From Eledone cirrhosa (lineage: Eukaryota), in contig OZ024748.1 of the NCBI GenBank assembly GCA_964016885.1, positions 45,942,001 to 46,006,000 on the forward strand: 64,000 nucleotides of DNA. The letters are read 5' to 3'. This document shows positions 1-15,664 of the stretch, one piece after another. Positions within the stretch are counted from its first letter, which is position 1. Every line of letters begins with the position of its first letter. The position numbers were made by a program, and so were the translations under genes. The notes under the pieces were generated by a model that was not told the origin of the DNA, did not search any database, and saw only the letters and a program-made list of their open reading frames with translations.

Positions 1-109
<109 letters not shown>

Positions 110-972
110 GTTTTATACATAACAGTGGATATAGAGAAAAGGTCAAGTTGGAAATAGCACGGAAAATATATTTAAGGGTCTGTTTTTCTTTTTTTATCCT
201 TTCTTTGATTCATCAAAGTGACATTGAAAAGATGCCATTATTGAAAAAATGAGAGGGACAATTTTTTAAAGAAAAGTTTTATAATGTATATAAAGTATTT
301 TAAATATTACTGGTTTCGATGTATTATTAAAATTCATCTTATCAAATGTTGAGTATTGAAATAAAAAATTAAAAAGGATTAATAGGAGTTAAACATTAGA
401 AATTAAAGATTTAGAATTAAAATCAATATGTTGGAGTAAGTTATTTTTCCCATCTTTCTTGTTCAAAATTTGGCTGGAGAATAAGTTTTTGTTAATAGAG
501 AGGTGGTAGTGAAGATAGCAGCAACTATGTTTCTTCACAGAACAAAGTTGTTTCTTGGGGGTAAAGGAAACATCCTGTAAATATGTGTGTGTATATCTAA
601 TTGTGTTAATTGACTGTTCAAAAGTTCAAAAGGGAATTGTAAGCTAGAGGTAAATTCTTTGGCAGCAGCAGGAGTGTAAGAGAAATTCTATTATTGGAAT
701 ATGGTTTTAGGGAGTGTGTATATATATATATATATATATAGTATGAGGGTGTATATATATAACAATACACACATGTGTGTGGGGGGTTTTTTCAGCTTGG
801 GGTGAGGGTGAGGTGGGTGGGTTTACTGGGAAATTAAAAAAGTTTTTTCTTCAAAATTCAAAAAAATTCCCCAAACTTATAGCTTCCTTCAAAATTGTGG
901 GGGTTTGTGGTGTGTGTGTTTTTCACCCATAACGAGATCTTCTGAAACTCTGGGTTATATATATATATATAC

Positions 973-1003
<31 letters not shown>

Positions 1004-1192
1004 TATAGAAACGAGTAGGACCCCGACCGCTGAGCTCAAGCCGTTTCGACATTTTAGTCCAGAATTAGCCGTCGAAACGGCTTGAGCTCAGCCGTCGGGG
1101 TCCTACTCGTTTCTATTACCCACTCTACTACTCTAAGTATTGAGTACTTTGGTGCGTTATGGTCCACCTGGTTCCTTACCACATTTCCTCCG

Positions 1193-1245
<53 letters not shown>

Positions 1246-1260
1246 TTTATATACATATAT

Positions 1261-1835
1261 ATGGTGGCTGCCAACTCGTTTTCGAGTGTACGGCCACTAC
1301 TTTATATCCATGTAGGAGAACCCCGACCGATGCGCCGAACGAGTGTGACATTTTAGTCCAGCCAGCGACTTGAAAACTCTGGTACAAACACTACACTTGT
1401 GACAATTATTGACACATAGTGCTGGGCCCATGGTACCATGTGACGACAAGTGCAGAGATATCTCCAGATATAAAGCAATGCCTGTGCCGTGAAGCTTTTA
1501 TAGTGAGCAAAGGCACTCCACAAAGCCAGTCCCACTCTCTTAACCAAGATTATATTTACCAAAAAGAAGAACAAGTCAACATCATTGGATACCATCAGAG
1601 TTGCAGGTGTTATATCAGAGTTTTCCTTCTAGAATTCTGCCTTGACAAAGGCTAAGGGGTCATCTCTCCCGGTGATTTTGGATGGCCATTGACTCTTAAG
1701 AGCTCCTTTGCCCTTTGACATGTTTTGTTTTTAGTCCTGCAGGATGTCCAAAGTCACCCTCCTCACCAAGAAACCTTGGTGGGGTTGCCAGTTTAGTCGC
1801 CAACGACCCGACCATGAGACATGTACATGTATCCC
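1261..1835. mobile_element. ~570-bp dispersed repeat inserted in (TA)n; copies at 38205-38795, 41350-41940 and inverted at 61050-61503
   Basis: Four highly similar copies, each with a sharp end (atggtggctgccaac) abutting TA repeats. No convincing coding motif. Confidence 0.85.
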
Positions 1836-1918
1836 TGTACATATATATATATACATATATACATGTATATATGACTATGTATCCCAGTATATATATATAT
1901 ACATATATACATATATAC

Positions 1919-2094
<176 letters not shown>

Positions 2095-2468
2095 TTATAT
2101 ATATACACACATATATATATATATATATATGTATATAAGAACAAAAGATGGTTAAAAGATTTCCATGTATTTTATTATGCGCATTTCAAAAACAAATATC
2201 ATCATGCAATAATATTTGTATTTTCATCAGATAAAACAGGAAGACATGATATAAAGGTTAAAAAACACTTGTGGATAGTGCAGTTTTAAATCAACATATA
2301 TTATTGCATGATGATATTTGTTTTTAAAATGCGCATAATAAAATACATGGAACTCTTTTAACCATCTTTTGTTCTTATATATTATGTATACTTCAGTCCT
2401 ACAAACTGTAGAGTGCTTCTTATCCGATATCTGCATTGCTTTATTGTACTACAATAAAGCTCACCTCC

Positions 2469-2526
<58 letters not shown>

Positions 2527-2543
2527 TATATACATATATATAC

Positions 2544-2651
<108 letters not shown>

Positions 2652-2881
2652 TTTATGCTTATGGAGTCCTCTTCGGATTTTAGTCTTCACAATTATAATT
2701 ATTACTATATTTTTATATATATATATACATATGTTGGTCATGTACAAGGGCGGTGCCCCAGCATGGCCTCAGCCGGATGGCTGAAACAGGTAAAAGAGTA
2801 AAAGAGTAATATGTATATATACATACGCACACATAAATATATGAATATTTAAGTGATGAATACAAGCATTCTGTTTCTTAG

Positions 2882-3041
2882 GAAATATTATTATACAACG
2901 ACTATATAGAATCAATGAATAATATTGGGCAAACAAATTTCTGCGTTTTACCGAGCTCCTTTTCATACATGGTTGTGTATTTACAGTGTGTTTGGCGAAA
3001 GGGGAGAGAGTTTTGCTGTATTGATTTTTTTTTGCGGCATG
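2882..3041 (+). CDS. Candidate internal exon of a convergent plus-strand gene (unknown product)
   Basis: Acceptor ttctgtttcttag, donor G|gtaacg, open frame phase 0-1. [53 protein letters not shown]. Confidence 0.4.
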
Positions 3042-3124
3042 GTAACGCTATCGAATCTACGCATGGATTCCTAATAACAGCAGTATATTTTGTATAAGTA
3101 TGTACACATATATATATACATAGG

Positions 3125-3183
<59 letters not shown>

Positions 3184-3429
3184 GTGTATATATATACATA
3201 CGTATGTATATATATATTTATATATATATATATATATATGTGCATATACATATATATATGTGTATATATATTCATATATATGTGCATATATACATACGTA
3301 TGTATATATATGTATACATACGTTTGTATGTATATATATTTATATATATATATAGTTGTAAATATGTGTGTATATATATATGTATATATTTACATATATA
3401 TGTGTATATATATGTATACATAAATATAT

Positions 3430-4278
<849 letters not shown>

Positions 4279-4763
4279 TATATACATATATATATATATG
4301 TTGTTATACTTTGGGAGGTTCATGTTGCCAATAAGAATCACACGCACCAGTTGCTTTCACTTGAATTTATTATAATACATTTACAAATTTAGGAATTTAT
4401 AAATTTCCGGTTGGTTGGTAGGTTCCACAACCAGATGATTGTTTATATATTGTCAAAGTTCTTTCGTCACACATTCTCTGACCTCTTCAGTGACTGGGGA
4501 TTCTTTTCTTTGTTTTTGTGCCTCTCCTTTGTTATGTCTTAGGCCATCTTGTTTTTGTGTGTGTTGTGTGCTTAGTTTGCGCATGTGTTACATCCGGGTG
4601 TCTGTGTGTGTTTATATTTGTTTATTTATTTACATGTTACTGGTTGGTTGTTTGTTCTATGTGCGTGTGTGTTTTCATTTTGCCCTTAATTGTAAGTTGT
4701 GATGTTGCTGTTTCATTCATGTTTTCTATTTAATTTTCTATTTAATCTATATATATACATGTA

Positions 4764-4860
<97 letters not shown>

Positions 4861-5374
4861 TTATATGTGTATATATACATATACATATATATGTGTGTAT
4901 ATATATTTACATATATGTGTGTATATATATATATACATATATACTGGCGCAGACAAAATACCTGTTGATAACGTGATATTCCTTGTTCGATCATTATACC
5001 AAAAGCTTATTGTTTTAAGCAGAAAGTAATATTGATTTAGCTGCCGCAGACACCCTGTACTGGATTTTACCCTCAATTCCAAGGGTACAGGTTTGATATA
5101 TATATATATATATGTATGATTATGTCATTTATTTTGTCTGACCTGTTTAGCTTGACTTGTTTTTTTGGCTTAGGAGGTTTATAGCTTCTTGACCGCCTTC
5201 TCAGTTTGTATGGCGTTTATAACCTATGTTTATTGCTCTAGTCTTTTAGACTATGGAGCGCTTGCCAGCATGACTTGGAATTTGCGTTACGTTTCGCTTT
5301 TTCAACCCGCCGAAATGCGATTCTCACTGAATTTATATTTATATATATATGTATATATATGCATATATATATGA

Positions 5375-5452
<78 letters not shown>

Positions 5453-5479
5453 CAGAGTATAAAAGTTTTAATATAGATG

Positions 5480-5530
5480 AGATTCTACAGGACTAGAACT
5501 GTTTCATTCATTAGAAATCATCAGGAATCT
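5480..5530 (-). ncRNA. Type I hammerhead (degenerate relatives at 26054-26106 + and ~27350-27400 -)
   Basis: agattc CTGATGA t ttc taat gaa t GAAA cag ttctagtc ctg TA gaatct. Confidence 0.82.
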
Positions 5531-6107
5531 GGGTATCAAAAAATAAAAATGGTATTTATAGGTCTCTACAAGTGGTAGGAGAGGGTGGGGAGTGGGATGG
5601 GTGTAGGTCATTGGTTGATAGAAAAGGGAATTCATTAAAAGCTAATTCTACAAAGCTATAGTTTATTTTTATTTATTTATGTTTTTAGAGTAACAAGGGC
5701 AGACAGAATTCTATAAACAGGTTCCGGATGGCATACCATTCCTTGTCATTAAGTTTCTCTTAAGCTAACAGATGTCTATAAGATCAGTGGGGGGTCAGTC
5801 ATGGTCGATAGAATTAAAGAAAAGGGAGATTCTTTAAAAGCTAAAATCATTAAGGTTCTACTAAGTGACAAAGGTCTAGAGAATTCTGTAGACAGATTCA
5901 AAATACTGAGTGCATATCTTACAATTATCTTCGAACTTCTCTTAAACTAATCAACTATATGCCAAAAATCAACAGACACATTCACAAAAAAACATACTCA
6001 CTCACACACTCACGCGCAACCATAAACACACACACAAACACATATACACACATAAAAACGCACACACATATATATAACTATATTCATATACATACATATA
6101 CATACAC

Positions 6108-6167
<60 letters not shown>

Positions 6168-6175
<8 letters not shown>

Positions 6176-7599
6176 ATACTTTGGGAGGGTCATGTTGCCA
6201 ATAAGAAACACACGCACCAGTTGCTTTCACTTCAATTTAATTTAATATATATTTATAAATTTACAAATTTATAAATTTCTGGTTGGTTGGTTGGTTCCAC
6301 AACCAGATAGTTGTTTATATATATATAGTCATAGTTCTTTCGTCACACACTCTGTGACCTCTTCAGTGACTGGGGATTTCTTTCTTCGTTTCTGTGCCTT
6401 TCCTTTCTTCTATCCTACGCCATTTTGTTTGTGTGTGGGTTGCGTGCTCAGTTTGCGCATGCGCCACATCCGGGTGTCTGTGTGTGTTTGTGTTCATTTT
6501 TCTATTTTTCTATTTATATTTGTTTGTTTATTTATTTATTTATTGTTGGTTGGTTGTTTGTTCTATGTGTGTGTGTGTTTTCATTTTGTCTTGTGTGTTT
6601 TCATTTTGTGTGTGTTTTCAATTGTAAGTTGTTTGTTCTATGTGTGTGTGTGTTTTCATTTTGTCCTTAATTGTAAGTTGTGATGTTGCTGTTCCACTCA
6701 TATTTTCTATTTAATTTTGGTTTTAATTCTTTTATGCTTACTGCCTCTGTAATTTGCCTAAACATTGCGTCTTTCTTGTGTGTGGATTCTATTTTTATTT
6801 CTATGCTCTCTAATTTACCCCTGTGTTCTATCTTAGCATGTTGGTAGAGCACAGATGATTCTTTACTATCTTGGAGGTCTCGCCAGTGTTCATTTATTCG
6901 TTCCCCTATACTACGAGCTGTCTCACCTATGTACACTATATTTTTGTTTCTACATTGTCCCTCAGTACATCTTATGCTATATACTACATTTCTAGTTTTA
7001 CAGTTAATATGGGGGCTTATTTTACAGGTTATACATTTCTTATCTATACATGAGGGTCTTTGGAACGGGTATGTCTTGCTAATAAGTGTTTTTACGGAGG
7101 TACCAGGTCTTTCTACTATCTTAATATTGAGATTATGTTTCTTTAGGGCCCTTCTAAATTTGTAGGCTAATAAATAAATAAATAAACAAACAAATATAAA
7201 TAGAAAAATAGAAAAATGAACACAAACACACACAGACACCCGGATGTGGCGCATGCGCAAACTGAGCACGCAACCCACACACAAACAAAATGGCGTAGGA
7301 TAGAAGAAAGGAAAGGCACAGAAACGAAGAAAGAAATCCCCAGTCACTGAAGAGGTCACAGAGTGTGTGACGAAAGAACTATGACTATATATATATAAAC
7401 AACTATCTGGTTGTGGAACCAACCAACCAACCAGAAATTTATAAATTTGTAAATTTATAAATATATATTAAATTAAATTGAAGTGAAAGCAACTGGTGCG
7501 TGTGTTTCTTATTGGCAACATGACCCTCCCAAAGTATAACAATATCGGTTTCAACACACGATTTCAGATAAAGAATCTTGCTAAACAAATTCAGAAACG

Positions 7600-7600
<1 letters not shown>
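6168..7600 (-). mobile_element. Penelope-like element: GIY-YIG endonuclease C-terminus between inverted pseudo-LTRs
   Basis: CKTRNVVYSIRC...YIGETARSIGERINEH...EAVSIKELKPKLNRK in 6667-7167. Arms of about 375 bp at 6168-6543 and 7168-7544 are inverted, and each carries a hammerhead. A related solo copy lies at about 4300-4745. Confidence 0.92.
7342..7386 (+). ncRNA. Minimal type I hammerhead in a PLE pLTR (antisense copy 6327-6371; degenerate 4452-4495)
   Basis: agtca CTGAAGA g gtcac agagtgt gtgac GAAA gaac TA tgact. Confidence 0.85.
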
Positions 7601-7650
<50 letters not shown>

Positions 7651-7801
7651 TATATATACATACACACACACATACATATATATACACACACACACACATA
7701 TATACACATATAAATACACTCACACACATACAAACACAAATATACATGTGTATACAAATACACACAAATACATATAGATATATATACACATATATACACA
7801 G

Positions 7802-7856
<55 letters not shown>

Positions 7857-7901
7857 CAAAAATACATATATATATACATATACACATATATATATACATA
7901 T

Positions 7902-7976
<75 letters not shown>

Positions 7977-8218
7977 CACATACACACACATATATAAATA
8001 TACACACACATACACACAAGCACACACACACATATATATACATATACATATATATATATATACGTAATTATATACATACATTCATATATCATTCATGGAA
8101 AGGAGAATAATCATAGCGGAAAAATATGTCAGTAAGTATTTTTAAAAAACACTCTAAATGAGAAGAGACTGGCATGATTATACATATGATAATAATGTAT
8201 TTGTAAAAAATTAGAGTA

Positions 8219-8944
8219 CAGTGCATCTTCGCTTATCCGGATATCGCTTTTCCGAAATTCGATTTACCGGACGGCTATTTCTATACTACAAACAATGTGT
8301 ATTTGAAGGTTGTTTATGAAGGTTTATGTTTATGAATGTTTATGTTTATCTGAGGGTTTTGAAAGTTTATAGAAAACGCGCCTAGTGCCGATTGGCTACT
8401 TGTGCCTAGCCGTCACATGCAGCTAACACGTGGCGTGTATTGATTTCTTTTATTTGATTGACTGTTTAAAAGCTAAGAAAACTAACTTGGCTCTCAGTTA
8501 AACATAATGGCTGGAGAAAAGCGAAAGCAAGTTGTTTTGACTATCGCAAATAAGCTCTCTATATGTGAAAAAGAAAACAGAGAAAGAAAATTGAAAAAGA
8601 AAACAGCTACGCCAAATGAATTCGCGAAGAGATACAATGTCGGGACGTCTACAATCTTCTATTTATTCATTTAAAAAAAAGTACTAACTTTTTATGGTTT
8701 GACTCAATTCAGTTTTACCAAGTTTTTAGTTATTCTTATGTTTGCTTAATTAATTTTCTTAAAAACTTTAGCTGTTCTTTTGTTATTCTAATAAACTTTC
8801 TTTACTTAGCATTTGTCTTTTATTTTGACTAAAAGAGCCAAAACATTAGAAACAATGGGATTTTAGAATTCACTTATCCGGATATTTCACTTCACCGGAT
8901 CTTTTTCTAACTGTTTGGTTTTGACCGTCCGGATAAGCGAAGAT
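8219..8944 (+). mobile_element. pogo/Tigger-type non-autonomous DNA transposon
   Basis: TA|CAGTGCATCTTCGCTTATCCGGA ... TCCGGATAAGCGAAGAT terminal inverted repeats. Internal HTH remnant MAGEKRKQVVLTIANKLSI...AKRYNVGTSTIS. Confidence 0.85.
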
Positions 8945-9104
8945 AGAGATACATATTTCCACGAAATATTAGATGCTCCCAGTAGTTATTCGTTTGTAAA
9001 ATACACATCGCAGCCATTTTGTTCTGTGTCCAGTTACGATGCGCTTTCCCTTGGTCCATATTCTACTGCGTGATATTTGGTAGAGAGAATCTATAGACCT
9101 TCGA

Positions 9105-9735
9105 CTTGTTTATTTGTATATATTTGTATATATATACGTAGATATATACATACATTCATATATTGTATACAAGTGTACCTCATATATGTTTGTATATATA
9201 TACGTAGATATATACATACCTTCATATATTATATACAAGTGTACGTCATAAATGTTTGTCTATATATGTAGATATATACATATATTCATATATTATATAC
9301 AAGTGTAGGTCATAAATGTTTGTATATGTAATTACATTTCTACATACATCCATATATATACAAATGTACGTCATAAATGTTTGTATATATATGTAGATAT
9401 ATACATACATTCATATGTTATATACAAATGTATGTCATAAATGTTTATATGTATATATGTTACATACATTCATATATTATATACAAATGTACGTCATAAA
9501 TGTTTGTATATATAAGTAAATTTCTACATCCATTCATATATCATATACAAATGTACCTCATATATGTTTGTGTATATAGGTACATTTATACGTACATTCA
9601 TATATTTTATTGATATGTATGTCCTATATGTTTGTCTACGCTTTTATTTGTATTTGTATATAAACGTAAATATACATACATTCATATATTATATACATTT
9701 GTACGTCCAATGTTTGTCTGCACTCTTGTATATAT
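9105..9735. repeat. ~60-bp AT-rich minisatellite, about 10 units
   Basis: Recurring tgtttgtatata...tacatacattcatatattatatacaa.tgtacgtcataaa. Confidence 0.8.
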
Positions 9736-9876
9736 ATATTTAGGTTTGTTGGTTGACCACTGGATAGAACTGGTCAGGCCGACCCGGGTAGAAACTGGTA
9801 AATGTTGGGTTGCCCTCATGTCTCTGATTTTCAGCCCCATGGATTTTGTCTATTATATTCCTTTGTTATATTTCGA

Positions 9877-9934
9877 ATACCTGATGATGTGACCGGATTC
9901 ATACTGAACACGGTCAATGAAATGATCATAGTAT
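9877..9934 (+). ncRNA. Type I hammerhead
   Basis: atac CTGATGA tg tgaccg ... cggtca at GAAA tgatca TA gtat. Palindromic stem III. Confidence 0.8.
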
Positions 9935-9981
9935 AAGAAACCTTTTAAGGAATTACACCAGTCCAGCCTCCTGTTATTTTA

Positions 9982-10024
<43 letters not shown>

Positions 10025-10485
10025 TATCATATATTTATATATATAAAGATTTACATATACTCAAACTAGACAAAGTCATAGATATATATGCTTTTGGCAA
10101 CCATTCACGATGTGGCTCAATGATGAATTAATAAATTAAATAATCAGAGCAATATACTATAAATTATGTCCATAGAATCATTTGATAAGATATATACACT
10201 ATTTCCTCTCCCAATTAGCATAATCAACCACACAAAAAAAAAACAATTAAACCAGGCTATAAGATTAAAAGTCACCTATGAAGAAATAATAGATAAATAA
10301 ACGACGGCCATGTATTCGCGATCAACAGCTATAGAATATTTACCCAGCATTTCAATAGCACGTGGAAATCGATTAAATATATCGTCAACCATACACAATT
10401 AGGTATAAAATTAAAGTTCGAAGAAAAAATGCATATAAACATATGGCGGGGATCATTTAAGAAAAATCTTCGTTCAAGTGAGTTT

Positions 10486-10567
10486 GTTTCCTGATGATTT
10501 CGAAGCTCGGAAATTTATCCTTGATCGGATATTTCCAAAAGCGAATGAAATTCTAAAGGGTAGAAAC
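10486..10567 (+). ncRNA. Type I hammerhead in the loop of a ~290-bp-arm inverted repeat (10155-10863)
   Basis: gtttc CTGATGA t ttcg..ggaaat..atttcc..cgaa t GAAA ttct aa aggg TA gaaac. Confidence 0.78.
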
Positions 10568-11138
10568 GTAATCCTGGTATGTTTATATGCATTTTTCTTC
10601 TAACTTTAATTTTATACCTAATTGTGTATGGTTGACGATATATTTAATCGATTTCCACGTGCTATTGAAATGCTGGGTAAATATTCTATAGCTGTTGATT
10701 GCGAATAGATGGCTGTCGTTTATTTATCTATTATTTCTTCATAGGTGCCTTTTAATCTTATAGCCTGGTTTAATTGTTTTTTTGTGTGGTTGATTATGCT
10801 AATTGGGAGAGGAAATAGTGTATATATCTTATCAAATGATTCTATGGTCATTATTTATAGTATATATATATATTAAATATCATATATAAATATTATATAT
10901 TCATATATTATATATACATGTATATCCTATGAGTTAGTCTGCGGTTTTATATATGTTTGTAGATATACGTTAATATACATACATTCATATATTATATATA
11001 GATGCACGTCCTATATATATGTCTGCAATTTTGTATATATTTGCATATATTTATATACATTTAATTAAATAGCTCGGTTTTATACATAGAGCATTCTTTT
11101 TTTCCTTTGCTTTTTCGTCGGAAATACTTAACATATAA

Positions 11139-11187
<49 letters not shown>

Positions 11188-11309
11188 GGTATAATCCGGG
11201 TTCAATCGGGGGTAACCACAGTAGGTAAGACACTCAATACAAAGCAGAGTATAACTATTTAATATAGAAGCCTTTCTATATTAAATACACACACACACAC
11301 ACACACACG

Positions 11310-11351
<42 letters not shown>

Positions 11352-11430
11352 TAGATAGATTCAAATATTGTATATAGATGTATGTCCCATATGTACGTCT
11401 GAGCTTTTGTATATATTTCTTTATACATAC

Positions 11431-11477
<47 letters not shown>

Positions 11478-11480
<3 letters not shown>

Positions 11481-12200
11481 AATAGAATGAAACGAAATTT
11501 CATTTCTCACTCTTAGTACGGCACTTAATTAAATGTAAGTATGTATGTATATATACGTACATACATATATGTATACAGACGTACAGTAGTATGTATATAT
11601 ATACATATATATATGCATGTATTGGTTTACCGTACATTTATTATAATGCCCGAATTACGCCGTACAGTGTTTAGGCAACCACGCCACCTTTTTGTTCAAG
11701 ACTGACACAGGAACGATGTACTAGTTTCAAGCTTATTAGCTATCGTCAGCATCGTATACCTTTCTGCCAGATGGTTGAACGTCTGAAAGTATATACTTTC
11801 CTTATGCATATTAACGGCTGAGCAGCCTAATTCGCATATCGAGTGAGTTGAGTCGGCTGGGCGCACCGAAAACAATAAATGGAATAGAATGAAACGAAAT
11901 TTCATTTCTCACTCTTAGTACGGCACTTACTTAAATGTAAGTATGTATGTATATGAACTCACTCGATATGCAAATTAGGCTGCTCAGCCGTTAATATGCA
12001 TATGGAAAGTATATATTTTCAGACGTTCAACCATCCGGCAGGAAGGTATACGTTGCTGACGATAGCTAATAAGCTTGAAACTAGTACATCGTTCCTGTGT
12101 CAGTGTTGAACAAAAAGGTGACGTGGTTGCCTAAACACTGTACGGTGTAATTTACAAACAAATCGAGCATTATAATAAATGTTCGGTAAACCGATACATG
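11478..12200. repeat. Inverted repeat (~11620-11846 / 11957-12200) plus 70-bp direct repeat (11478 / 11880); PLE-like architecture
   Basis: Arms are reverse complementary (for example aggcaaccacg / cgtggttgcct). Confidence 0.8.
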
Positions 12201-12406
12201 CATATATATATGTGTGCATGTATGTATATATATACATACTACTATACGTCTGTATACATATATGTATGTACGTATACATACATACTCACATTTATATATA
12301 TATATATATATATATATACCTATATCATACGTGGGTATATGTTCGGATGTCTGTTTGGTTTTAATATATTTGCGTTGACGTGTGTCTTTGTATTTAAACC
12401 TTGTAG

Positions 12407-12504
12407 TATCACATTTCAACCATAAAAAAGACAACGATGGCGAAAGCATGGAAATTCAACCGATTATTATTTCTGAAGCAGAAATAAACAGCCTACAGGA
12501 TTGA
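12407..12504 (+). CDS. Candidate terminal exon of the same convergent gene
   Basis: Acceptor aaccttgtag, phase 1, compatible with 2882-3041. SHFNHKKDNDGESMEIQPIIISEAEINSLQD*. AATAAA near 12589. Confidence 0.3.
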
Positions 12505-13280
12505 GTATTCATTTTGAAATATTATACAGCATATCCTATATGCTTTTCTCTTCATATTCAGCGATAATATTTATAACAAACAGTGTTAAATAAATATTGA
12601 AATCTACTGAGGATATTTTTCTTATTGTTTGTGATGGCGTATGTTTCTCAAGATCTTAGTGTTGTTTCTTATAGATATGGTTGATCTTGATCGTGGATTT
12701 ATTGTTGCTGTTGCTATTGTTTTCTTTTGTTGTTGTTGTTGTTGCTGCCGTCAATGTTGTTATTGGTGTTGTTGCTAATGTTACTTTTGCGTTGTTCCTG
12801 TTGTTGGTATTTCTGTTGCTGCTGTTACTATTATTGTTCGAGTTGTTGCAGTTGTTGGTTTTGTTTCTGTTGTTATTATTATTGTTATTAATATTTACCT
12901 ACCCAAAAGAATCGGTTTACCTACCCAAAAGAAGGTATATACCACTACTCCTGTCAAATTTTCCTCCTTACTCATTCCTGTCTCTACAAATGCAACAATA
13001 TCTAACGTGTAAAAGGCAAGCTCTCTCCCGCAACAATGGCCGTCCTACAATCTGGATTTGCTGAACCTTCATGGTCCAGATGTATCCGTACATTCCAAGC
13101 AGTTATTTCCATTTCTACTCGATTTCTTATATAGGCATATAACGGAGAAGACATGCAGGTCAAAATGGATCTTTTTTCTAGGGAATGTCATGTTTTTGGA
13201 CTGTCCAACAGCCTCACAAAACTCAAGTAATGTTCACCCAGCCTCCTCATGTGTCTCATGCTGGACAAAACATACGAGTT

Positions 13281-13410
13281 AATGGTACATGGCTAATTGT
13301 AGTCGATAGGTTCACATATCTTGAAAGTATTATCAGTTAGAATGGATCACATTTGATGCGGGAATCAATCAGAGGATTTACAATGTCAGAGAAAAGGCTA
13401 TGGGCAATGC
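13281..13410 (+). mobile_element. Degraded RTE/LINE RT fragment
   Basis: VVDRFTYLESIIS...INQRI motif with stop and frameshift. Confidence 0.5.
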
Positions 13411-13822
13411 ACAGATCATGCGTGTGCATGTGTATGTGTGTGTGTGCGCGCGTGTGTGTGTGTGTATGTTCTTCTGGTTTTATAATTTTATAATTCTTAA
13501 GCAATAGAGAGAGAGTCGGTTTCTAGCAACGACACAAGACTCTCTCATTGGAATTTAAACATCAACAATGTAGATATTTATGCATGTCTTCATGCATGCG
13601 TAGGTGTGCAGGTATGGATGTTATTGTATGTGTGGATGTGGATGTTTTAAGTCATATCTTTTGAGTGTATATGCTTTGTATCAGTATATTTACACATTCA
13701 GTTATTACATGCAGAATTTTTGGAATGATTTACATACTTACTGTTCCATTAATGGATTGTACTTGTAGCTAGGTATGTATGTGTGTATCTATGTACACCC
13801 CCTCCTATACACACACACACGT

Positions 13823-13905
<83 letters not shown>

Positions 13906-14013
13906 TATATATATAGTGGTAGAACACTGGAAGGTAATATCCGTAGTGGTAGAGCACTCAGTCCATGGGACGAGTTAGGTACAAGTGGCTACACAACAGT
14001 TAGTTCACCATAC

Positions 14014-14096
14014 CGAGAACAATTGTTTCACCTTAGCGGATCCTCAGCTTGTAAATTACGAGCTGAGGATCCGCTAAGGAGAAACAATTGTTCACG
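14014..14096. ncRNA. Back-to-back hammerheads (CUGAGGA core) on both strands; second copy at 52883-53005
   Basis: cgag CTGAGGA t cc gctaa gg t GAAA ca(a/g)ttg TT ctcg. Best intact copy is 52883-52920 (minus). Confidence 0.72.
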
Positions 14097-14507
14097 GTAT
14101 GGTGAACTAACTGTTGTGTAACCACTTCTATATATATATATAGTGAAATAAAATAACAAGTATGATTGGTTACTCCTTCATTAAGTTTATTGGGTGGTGA
14201 TACTCCGTGGATACATAGTTCCTTACCTAGTCGAGCGCTTACCAGGGACACAATGGTACACTCCCTGGATATATATATATATTTATCCTCTGAAATAGGG
14301 ATGTATATTGGTCCTCTGAAATAGGGATGTGTATATGAATGCATGTATAGCATATTTGATAACATATTGTATGTTCAATTAAAAACCTTTTGAAGACCGT
14401 TAAGTGACATAGTCACTACTTTAAAATTCATAGCGAATGGTCTTCAAAATGTTTTTAATTAAACATACAGTATGTTATCAAATATACTACACACACGCAC
14501 ACGCACA

Positions 14508-14612
<105 letters not shown>

Positions 14613-14624
14613 ACACACACAATG

Positions 14625-15141
14625 TGATTGAGACGAAGAGCAAAGCCTGGGTGGCGTTCCACAGTTTGAGGTCGTTGTGGAAGTCGGACCTTCGTAAAGA
14701 TCAGAAGATCCGCCTCTTCGTGCTACAGCGAAGCCTGTGCTGCTGTACGGGTCTGAGACTTGGACACTGACCAAAAAACTCATTCAGATGGTGGATGGGT
14801 GCTACAGGAAAATGCTGAGGATGCTCTGAACATTAATAAGTATACACTGAGTATGAAGAACTCACAGCTGTTCGGCAGCCTCCCAAAAGTCAGCTCGAAA
14901 GTAGCACATAGGAGCCTGAGGTTAGCTGGATATGCTCACCAATATTCAGAGTTGACACGACACACAGTGCTCCCGTGGGAGACCCTGCGCGGACACACTA
15001 GAAGAAGGAGACCGAGGTTGACATATGTTGATGCTCTAAGGACAGACACCAGTCTCTTGGAGACGCAGGACATGGCAGCGATGATGAGGGACAGAGACCG
15101 ATGGAGAGAACTCGTCGATTGATCTCGGTAATTTTACTCGT

Positions 15142-15143
<2 letters not shown>
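14625..15143 (+). mobile_element. 3' fragment of an RTE-like LINE
   Basis: PVLLYGSETWTLTKK...LRLAGY...RRRPRLTYVDAL...DRDRWRELV. Lies between (CA)n and (TA)n. Confidence 0.85.
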
Positions 15144-15189
<46 letters not shown>

Positions 15190-15627
15190 GTTAGAATAAT
15201 AAATGTGAAGACTAAAATCCAAAGAGGACTCAATAAGGATAAATATATATCAAATATATAAGAACCCTAGACAAATATTTATTAAAATAACAGATTAAAA
15301 TTTGAGCAAAAATCGCTGCTTTCTCCCTTAACAGGATCTTCTGATACTAAGAAGATCCCGTTAAGAGTGAAAGCACCGATTCTTTGCTTAAACCTTAATC
15401 TGTTATTTTAATATATATATATATATTACCCTAAATATTGAGCACTCTGGTGCGTTATGGTTCATCTGGTTCCTTACCACACTTCCTTCGTTATATATAT
15501 ATATATATAAACTCAATACTTAGGGTAGTAGAGTGGGTAATAGGAAAAAGGTTAACCTCGACGGCAGAGCTCAAGCCGTTAATAGCCGTCGAAACGGCTT
15601 GAGCTCTGCCGTCGGGGTTTAACATAT

Positions 15628-15664
<37 letters not shown>

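Noticed and set aside
420-730. Possible degraded Penelope endonuclease tail (also ~5600-5960 and 53190-53510)
   Set aside because: Too decayed to support with a clear motif by eye.
6291-6683. ORF sharing its N-terminus with the 251-aa GIY-YIG ORF
   Set aside because: It is an artefact of the inverted pLTR. Only about 6667-7167 is real coding sequence.
12681-13064. Hydrophobic poly-Leu/Val ORF resembling a membrane protein
   Set aside because: Degenerate (TTG)n low-complexity tract.
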